Shown: piece by piece, positions 58,296-64,000 of the stretch
Position numbering within the stretch: position 1 is the first letter of the stretch
How the letters are laid out: the number at the start of each line of letters is the position of its first letter
Origin: an uncultured Spirochaetaceae bacterium
GTDB lineage: Bacteria; Spirochaetota; Spirochaetia; SZUA-6; DRHE01
Direction: 5' to 3'
NCBI GenBank assembly: GCA_964389305.1
Contig: CAYMEK010000007.1
Location: 12,911 to 76,910 of the forward strand
DNA length: 64,000 bases
Position numbers and translations under genes: made by a program
Notes under the pieces: generated by a model
What the model was told of the DNA's origin: nothing
Database searches by the model: none
Seen by the model: the letters and a program-made list of their open reading frames with translations, nothing else

Positions 58296-58324
58296 ATCCT
58301 AGCCGATGGAGGTTGCCCTGTCAA
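58296..58324 (-). promoter_or_regulatory. Near-consensus sigma70 promoter abutting the cyclase-domain gene (leaderless configuration)
   Basis: Minus strand reads TTGACA (58324-58319), 17-nt spacer, TAGGAT (58301-58296), then TTTACC and the ATG at 58289. Confidence 0.55.
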
Positions 58325-58395
58325 CAGGACTGTTGAAACACAGCCGGGAGCCTCGGTAGCAGCCGGTGGAACGGCGCCGCGGACCTGCCGGGCCT

Positions 58396-59061
58396 TCAAT
58401 CGCCCCGCGAGCCCCCGGTCTTCTCCGGATAGGGGCACAGGCGGGCGATCTTGCACTCCGGGCAGCGGGGCTTGCGGGCGACGCAGATCCGGCGGCCGTG
58501 CTCGTTGACGGCCAGGGAAAAGCGGGTCCTGTTCTCTTCGGGCACGATCTCGGCCACGGCACGCTCGATCTTATCCGGGTTGGTCTCGTCGCTCAAGCCC
58601 AGGCGGCCGATCACCCGCTTGAAGTGGGTGTCCACGATGATCGCCGGCAGGCCAAAGCAGTTGCCGGCCACCACGTTGGCGGTTTTGCGCCCCACCCCGG
58701 GAAGCTCGATCATCTGCTCGACGCTTTGCGGCAGCCTGCCTTCGAAGCGATCCCTGACCGCCCCGGCCATGTTCAGCAGACTCCTGGCCTTGTTCCTGTA
58801 GAAACCGGTGCTCTTGATCATCCGTTCCAGCGTCTGCGGATCCGCGGCGGCCAGGCCGGCCGGGTCGGGATAGCGGCGAAAAAGCTCCGGAGTGACCTTG
58901 TTGACCGCCTCGTCGGTGCACTGGGCAGCCAGTATAGTGGCGGTCAACAGCTCGAAGGGATTGCGGTAGTCAAGGTGCGGACGGGCTTCGGGGTATTCAC
59001 GGTCCAGGATCCTGAAGATTTCAAGCGCCCGCTCTGGCCTTCCTTGCTTGGAAAAATCCAT
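58396..59061 (-). CDS. nth: Endonuclease III (DNA glycosylase/AP lyase)
   Basis: 221 aa with HhH-GPD LPGVGRKTANVV, VDTHFKRV and Fe-S loop CVARKPRCPECKIARLC. Confidence 0.95.
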   Translation of the reverse strand: MDFSKQGRPERALEIFRILDREYPEARPHLDYRNPFELLTATILAAQCTDEAVNKVTPELFRRYPDPAGLAAADPQTLERMIKSTGFYRNKARSLLNMAGAVRDRFEGRLPQSVEQMIELPGVGRKTANVVAGNCFGLPAIIVDTHFKRVIGRLGLSDETNPDKIERAVAEIVPEENRTRFSLAVNEHGRRICVARKPRCPECKIARLCPYPEKTGGSRGD

Positions 59062-59192
59062 CGATCTCCTCCAACGGCAAACAATTCAGGATATTATCGG
59101 GGCCCAATCAGGTCTTGCGGGCCATCAGCACCATCGCTTTCAGTGTAGCCGAAAACCGAAGGCAAATCAAAGCTCGACGCTGCGAAGCCGAA

Positions 59193-59211
59193 GCGCCGCA
59201 GCAGGCGGCGC
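59193..59211 (-). terminator. GC hairpin downstream of polB (weak terminator candidate)
   Basis: GCGCCGC / GCGGCGC 7-bp stem with a 5-nt loop. On the minus strand it is followed by TTCGGCTTCG, so there is no clean U-tract. Confidence 0.3.
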
Positions 59212-59236
59212 AGTCACGCGACAGCCGTTCGAACGG

Positions 59237-61744
59237 CTAAAACAGCCATAGCTGGCCGCCGTGTCCGAACAGGGTGTCCAGGTCCGTTTTCAGCGCGTCG
59301 GTAAAGGCGGAGGCAATGGGCTTGAGCTGGTGCTCCACGTAGTGGGGGTAATCGATCGGGGCGCCCACCCTGCCCTCTGGCTGGGGACCCTCCCTGGTGA
59401 CCAGGTAGCGAACCAGCCCTCGCCGCTCGGAGGGAGGCAGCAGGGAAGCGGCCTTCACGTGGGGAGGCGTACTGCGGGTGTAGGCAGAGATCGGCTTGCG
59501 CAGCGCCTTGCGGTACACGAGCTTGCCGTCGAGGCGGCCGGCGTTCAGCTCCTCGATCACTTCCTTTATATAGCTCTGAAAGTTCTGAAGCGGGGCCTTG
59601 AGAAACAGAAGCTCCAGAAGCCGGGTCTGGAACTCATGGGCCAGGTCGGTCCAGTCCCGGCGCACCGCCTCCATGCCCCGGATCTCGATCCTGCCCGCCA
59701 GACCGCCCTGCCCGGGCGCCGGAGGATCCCCGGCCAGCAAGCCGGCGTATCCCTTGGCCCTGCCCTTCTGGGTCCGCTCGTTTGAACCCCTTAAAGGAGG
59801 AAGAAAGAATCGACTGTATTTTTTTTCGAATCTCAGGGTGAGCCGGGGTCGAACCCGGTACTCCGCGGCCAGTCGCTGCTCCAGGGCCGCATTGACCAGG
59901 CGGCAAATCTGCTCCCCATCCTGAGTAACCGTCCGGTCTGCGGCGCTTGGCGCGGAACTGGAAGCGGCCGCCCGCCGGGGCACGGTAACGAACAGGGAAT
60001 CGGTGTCGCCGTACAGAACCGTGTAGCCCCGTTCCTCCAGGAACGACCTGCACCAGCTCACGATGCGCTGCCCGAAGCTGGTGATGGCTCCGGCCAGCTC
60101 CGCGCCGGCGAAGCGGCATCCCCGTGCGCCCAGCACCCCGTAGAAGGAATTCATGATGATCTTGTAGACGAAGGAGGCTATCGAGTCCCCGCGGCTCTGG
60201 GCCTCGCTCCGACGGGTGAAGAAGCGGTCCAGCAGCTCGGGCAGGATGCCCGGTTCCCGCCTGAAGCGGGCCCCGTTGGGGGCCCGGATCGGATCTCGGC
60301 GCTGGCCGGCGCCGGTGCGCCTGGACGGCTTGCCCTCGTTATCCTCGCTTTCCAAAGGCAGGCGGCTCACCGGGTCGATGTTGAAGGTACGGATAATCGA
60401 CGGGTACAGGCTTTGAAAGTCGAAGACCAGCACCTCGTCGAACACTCCTGGCCGGGGGGTGAGAATGATGCCTCCGGGAGCGCCTTCCACAGGCAGGGAG
60501 TCGACCCCGAAGGTAGGGGCGACCAGGCCGCGCCGGTGGAGCGCCTCGGTATACAGGTGCTCGAAGGCGGGAATGCTGGTCCAGGCCAGGCCGGGAGCCA
60601 CGCCGATAAGCAGGCAGCGCCTCAAGGTAAGCTCGAACAGCCCGGTGCGGGCAAAGATCTGGTGTACCAGGCGGGCGTCCTGCAGGCAGTAGGCGCAAAA
60701 CTCCTCCGGGTTGTTCCGATACAGCCGCTCGATGGCCTGCAGCCGGCTTTCGCCTTCGACGAGCTCGATCCGCTTTCCGTAGCCGAGAATCGACTCGGCC
60801 ACCGTCTCCAGGCTGTAGTCCTCGAAGGCCTCGGGCGAAGCCCGGACGATGCGCACTCCGTCCCATACCTGCCTTCCGGGAACGATCACCCGGCTCCCCC
60901 GGTTGCCGCTCTGCGGCAGGTAGACCGCCGGCTCTCGGGACCGTCCCAGCCGGAAGGGGATGCGGTGGCGCTCGAAACGCGCCGCCAGCACCGGAAAATC
61001 GAAATCCACCACGTTCCAGCCGGTCAATATATCCGGATCCAGCGCCGCCACCCGCTCGGCCAGGGCCAGGAGCAGGCTCTTCTCGTCGCTGAAGCACTCG
61101 ATCCCCGGCGCGGCAAGCCGGGGGCCGAGGAACAGCACCTGTTCTTCCCGGCTCCCGCCGTCCGGGTTCCTGTAGGGATCCTGATGGGAGAGACCCACCG
61201 CCAGCACCGTCTGGGTGCTGATGTCGGTCTCTATGTCCAAAGAGAGCACGGACAGCCGGGGCAGCCAGCGGCCCGGTTCCAGCTCGGGGTCCAGGAACAC
61301 TTTGCTCACCAGTCTGCCGGCCCGCCCCTCGCCGCGGATGCGCACCGGACCGTGGATCCGCCGCTCCAACCGGTACTGGTCGGCCGCCCTGAGATCGGCC
61401 TCGTAGGTCCTGATTCCCGCGGCGCCGAGGGCATCCCTCAGCGCTCGCTTGAACTCAGGCGTCGCGCAGGAGGCCTGCAGACAGGGCTCGCCGTCCATGG
61501 TGCGCAAGCTTATATCCCGCAGCTCGACCCGGCCGTCCCCGCTGCCGCCGGCGGCCAGCGCCGCCTCCACCCTCCTCAGCCCGGCGGCGTCGGATTCCCG
61601 AACGTAGAAATTAGGGCGGTAGCGGCTCTCCCGTACGGCAAAGGTGGAGCCGTCGGCCAGACGTCCGCTGAAGTACAGGAAGGTCCTTCCACCTTGGGAG
61701 CGGGCGTAGGAATGGACGATGAATCCCTCGACCCCGGTCGCCAT
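59237..61744 (-). CDS. polB: Family B DNA polymerase (Pol II type)
   Basis: Exo I LSLDIETD, motif A DFQSLYPSII, motif B KIIMNSFYGVLG, motif C YGDTDS. I placed the start at the ATG at 61744 (MATGVEGFIV) because the GTG at 61756 lies inside a TGgTATAGT extended -10 (61755-61763). Confidence 0.9.
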   Translation of the reverse strand: MATGVEGFIVHSYARSQGGRTFLYFSGRLADGSTFAVRESRYRPNFYVRESDAAGLRRVEAALAAGGSGDGRVELRDISLRTMDGEPCLQASCATPEFKRALRDALGAAGIRTYEADLRAADQYRLERRIHGPVRIRGEGRAGRLVSKVFLDPELEPGRWLPRLSVLSLDIETDISTQTVLAVGLSHQDPYRNPDGGSREEQVLFLGPRLAAPGIECFSDEKSLLLALAERVAALDPDILTGWNVVDFDFPVLAARFERHRIPFRLGRSREPAVYLPQSGNRGSRVIVPGRQVWDGVRIVRASPEAFEDYSLETVAESILGYGKRIELVEGESRLQAIERLYRNNPEEFCAYCLQDARLVHQIFARTGLFELTLRRCLLIGVAPGLAWTSIPAFEHLYTEALHRRGLVAPTFGVDSLPVEGAPGGIILTPRPGVFDEVLVFDFQSLYPSIIRTFNIDPVSRLPLESEDNEGKPSRRTGAGQRRDPIRAPNGARFRREPGILPELLDRFFTRRSEAQSRGDSIASFVYKIIMNSFYGVLGARGCRFAGAELAGAITSFGQRIVSWCRSFLEERGYTVLYGDTDSLFVTVPRRAAASSSAPSAADRTVTQDGEQICRLVNAALEQRLAAEYRVRPRLTLRFEKKYSRFFLPPLRGSNERTQKGRAKGYAGLLAGDPPAPGQGGLAGRIEIRGMEAVRRDWTDLAHEFQTRLLELLFLKAPLQNFQSYIKEVIEELNAGRLDGKLVYRKALRKPISAYTRSTPPHVKAASLLPPSERRGLVRYLVTREGPQPEGRVGAPIDYPHYVEHQLKPIASAFTDALKTDLDTLFGHGGQLWLF

Positions 61745-61879
61745 GATCAGGCCCACTATACCACGGCTGACGGGTGGGGAACAGCTCCAGCCTTTTCGCC
61801 GGTCGCAGGGAGCGGCAAGCGAGGCATAGTTGGGGACGAGGGTGGGTGAGGCTGCGCCCAGCGCGCCCCCGGGCTCCTA

Positions 61880-63478
61880 TTGATCAAGGGCAAGCGGGAA
61901 GGTACCATCAGCGTGAGGAAACGGGTGGGCGAGCAAGCGGTACCAGGCAAGACAATAGAGGAGCTGATCACCGCAGCGAACCGCACGGCGCAGCTGCGGG
62001 GCAGTCCGGAAGTGAAGGTCAAAGGAATGTCCTATGACTCCCGGCGTGTTCGGCCCGGAGATCTCTTCGTGGCTATGAAAGGAATGCATGTCGACGGGCA
62101 CCTCTTCGTAGAGCAGGCGATCGAGCGGGGAGCAGCGGCGGTGCTCCACGAGAACTCGCTTCCCTCCTACCGGGCCCCGATCGCTTACCTGCAGGTCCCG
62201 GACGCGCGGCGGGCCATGTCGGTGCTGGCCCCGATCCTCTACGGCCATCCTTCGCGCGAGCTGACTACGATAGGCGTGACAGGGACCGACGGTAAGAGCA
62301 CCACGGTGTGGCTGATCCACCAGCTGCTCGAGGCGCTTGGCCGGTCCTCCGGCTTCTTGTCCACAGTGCGCCGCAAAATCGGCTCGAAAGTGGAGAAGAA
62401 TCCCCTCCGCCAGTCGACCCCCGAAGCGCCGGATATACAGGCACTGCTGAGGCAGATGGTCCGGACGGGCAAGAGCTACGCCGTCCTGGAGGCAACCTCC
62501 CACGGTCTTTCCGGTAGGACGGGACGCCTGGCCGGGGTGGAGTTCGACGTCGCCGTCTGCACCAACATCAGCCACGAACACCTGGAGTTCCACGGGAGCC
62601 TGGAGCAGTATCGCTCGGACAAGGCCAACCTGTTCCGCGTCCTCACGGCGGATGCCGGCGTGAAGCGCTTCGAGAGATTCGGGGTGTTGAACCTCGACGA
62701 TCCCAGTCACGAGTACCTCGCCTGCCAAACGGCCTCTCCCCTGTTCCGCTACAGCCTGGGAAACAGCCAGGCGGACCTGTTTGCCACCGACATCCGGACC
62801 GGCTCGACCGGCTCGACCTTTACCCTAGAGTATCGGGGCCGGCGGCGGCCGGTTAGGCTGAACCTGGTCGGGACCGTCAATATCGAGAATCTGCTGGCGG
62901 CCGGGCTTACCGTGCTCCGCCTGCTGTCCCTGTCCCTGGACGAGCTGGCTCCCCTGCTCCCCACCCTCAAGGGGTTGCCGGGAAGGATGCAGGCCGTCAG
63001 CGCCGGCCAGCCCTTCCGGGTCATCGTGGACTACGCCCACACCCCGCGCGCCTTTTCCCGGCTATTTCCCCTGGTTCGCTCCTATACGAGGGGGCGGCTG
63101 ATCGTCCTGTTCGGCTCGGCCGGAGAGCGCGACCTGGAGAAGCGCCCGCTTCAGGGAGAGATCGCCTCCCGCTACTGCGATATAGTGATCCTCGCCGATG
63201 AAGATCCCCGTACAGAGGATCCGGCGGCCATTCTCGAGGAGATCGCCGCCGGATGCCGCAGGGAGAATCCGGCCCGGAAAACGGGCCGGGAGCTGTTTCT
63301 CATCCAGGATCGGCGCACAGCCATGCGTCGCGCCTTCACCCTGGCCCGCAAGGAGGATACGGTGCTGCTCCTGGGTAAAGGCCATGAGGACAGCATCCTC
63401 TACTCAGACGGACCGCTACCTTGGGATGAGGCCGGGATTGCCCGGGAGCTGCTCGGCGAGCTGGGCTACGGGCGATGA
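61880..63478 (+). CDS. murE: UDP-MurNAc-L-Ala-D-Glu:diamino-acid ligase (MurE)
   Basis: YDSRRVRPGDLFVA, GVTGTDGKSTT and DYAHTP, with DEDPRTEDP where E. coli has DDNPRTEEP. Start is uncertain: TTG at 61880 or in-frame GTG at 61913 with GGGAAGG upstream. Confidence 0.9.
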   Translation: MIKGKREGTISVRKRVGEQAVPGKTIEELITAANRTAQLRGSPEVKVKGMSYDSRRVRPGDLFVAMKGMHVDGHLFVEQAIERGAAAVLHENSLPSYRAPIAYLQVPDARRAMSVLAPILYGHPSRELTTIGVTGTDGKSTTVWLIHQLLEALGRSSGFLSTVRRKIGSKVEKNPLRQSTPEAPDIQALLRQMVRTGKSYAVLEATSHGLSGRTGRLAGVEFDVAVCTNISHEHLEFHGSLEQYRSDKANLFRVLTADAGVKRFERFGVLNLDDPSHEYLACQTASPLFRYSLGNSQADLFATDIRTGSTGSTFTLEYRGRRRPVRLNLVGTVNIENLLAAGLTVLRLLSLSLDELAPLLPTLKGLPGRMQAVSAGQPFRVIVDYAHTPRAFSRLFPLVRSYTRGRLIVLFGSAGERDLEKRPLQGEIASRYCDIVILADEDPRTEDPAAILEEIAAGCRRENPARKTGRELFLIQDRRTAMRRAFTLARKEDTVLLLGKGHEDSILYSDGPLPWDEAGIARELLGELGYGR

Positions 63479-63489
63479 GAGCGCGTGTG

Positions 63490-64000
63490 ATGCCCCGGGC
63501 TTTCCTCCTGGGGATTTGCCTTCTTGCCGGGCCTCTCGCCGCTCAGACGCCCGCAGAGGAGGATCTGCGTCTACGCCACCCTCCCCGCCTGTCCGGAATC
63601 GTTCGTTTGGACTCCCTATCACTGTTTGACGGCTCCTTCGACCGGGACCAAAAAGGCCGACCCGAAGCCGTGGATATCGCCGCCACCGCCTCGGGGCCGA
63701 TCGTTCTTTTCGCCGACCGCTTCCTGTCGTTGGGCCTTCATCTGGAAGTGACGGAGCGTACGGCTCGCGAGCTGGCCCACGCACCCTCCCTTCCGGCCGG
63801 CTTTGCCGCCTCCCGGCTGTTTCTCAATCCCCTGCAGGAGCCGCTGTTGTACAGCACGGTCAGCGGGACGGCTCTGCTCTTCCACTGCGCGGAGGCCTTC
63901 CCGGAACGCTTCGAAACCGGGGTCCGGCAACCCCTGAGCATCGCCGCCCTCCCGCAGGGAGGAATTATCCTGGTTCAAGAGCAGGACATCCTGCTGTTCC
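63490..64000 (+). CDS. Exported hypothetical protein, 5' part only (open to window end)
   Basis: Not in the ORF track because there is no stop. My translation from the ATG at 63490 reads MPRAFLLGICLLAGPLAAQTPAEEDLRLRHPPRLSGIVRLDSLSLFDG..., stays open for 170 codons, and has a signal-peptide-like N-terminus and GC3-rich codons. Confidence 0.5.
   Translation, partial: MPRAFLLGICLLAGPLAAQTPAEEDLRLRHPPRLSGIVRLDSLSLFDGSFDRDQKGRPEAVDIAATASGPIVLFADRFLSLGLHLEVTERTARELAHAPSLPAGFAASRLFLNPLQEPLLYSTVSGTALLFHCAEAFPERFETGVRQPLSIAALPQGGIILVQEQDILLF

Noticed and set aside
57366-59061. Cyclic-nucleotide-based defence system (Pycsar/CBASS-like) built around the cyclase-domain gene
   Set aside because: No adjacent effector (TM, TIR, nuclease or phospholipase) gene is present. 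The neighbours are housekeeping nth and a convergent lipoprotein gene, and no mobile-element context exists.
59223-59238. Perfect 16-bp palindrome AGCCGTTCGAACGGCT overlapping the polB stop codon
   Set aside because: As RNA it would form only a 6-bp stem with a 4-nt loop and has no U-tract, so it is not a convincing terminator. No second copy is seen in the window. It could be a protein site, but nothing supports that.

Overview
GC-rich, densely coding bacterial chromosomal segment with a strong GC3 bias, which produces many long spurious antisense ORFs in the track. I recognised no rRNA, tRNA, CRISPR array, transposase, integrase or prophage genes. All family calls come from motifs read in the translations; no database search was possible. 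Gene order: (a) 1-12.6 kb, one minus-strand supercluster: a Dpp/Opp-type ABC importer, a DapA-like enzyme, a Cys/Cys proline-racemase-family epimerase, an aldehyde:ferredoxin oxidoreductase (AOR) and a five-ORF Fe-S flavoprotein dehydrogenase, divergent from an AraC/PAS regulator. This looks like a hydroxyproline-type (or opine-type) pathway with AOR where an NAD(P)+ semialdehyde dehydrogenase is expected. (b) A 2-hydroxyacid dehydrogenase. (c) A HAD phosphatase plus a beta-phosphoglucomutase::GH65 phosphorylase fusion. (d) An NrpR-like regulator followed by NuoE-like, NuoF-like (HydB-type architecture), an Fe-S relay protein and a GltB-FMN-domain protein. I consider this the most interesting candidate for an undescribed redox system. 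(e) An NCS1 permease and hydantoin-racemase-family gene convergent with DUF917, a HyuA-like hydantoinase, a nitroreductase and a small ORF. (f) metG, an exported transglutaminase-like protein and a FemAB-like transferase in one operon. (g) A sugar-type ABC system with two binding proteins, a sigma54-dependent two-component system and a URO-D-like protein, with a candidate sigma54 promoter and upstream activator site. (h) hflKC, galM and a 6 x 18-bp tandem repeat. (i) A 626-aa Dam-class DNA methyltransferase with no visible nuclease, divergent from a MoxR, DUF58, transglutaminase and beta-propeller operon through interdigitated promoters. (j) A stand-alone class III cyclase-domain gene, nth, a family B DNA polymerase, murE (EDPR instead of DNPR) and a partial exported ORF. 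A recurring feature is a good -10 element only 6-12 nt upstream of the ATG of several genes, which suggests leaderless or near-leaderless mRNAs.
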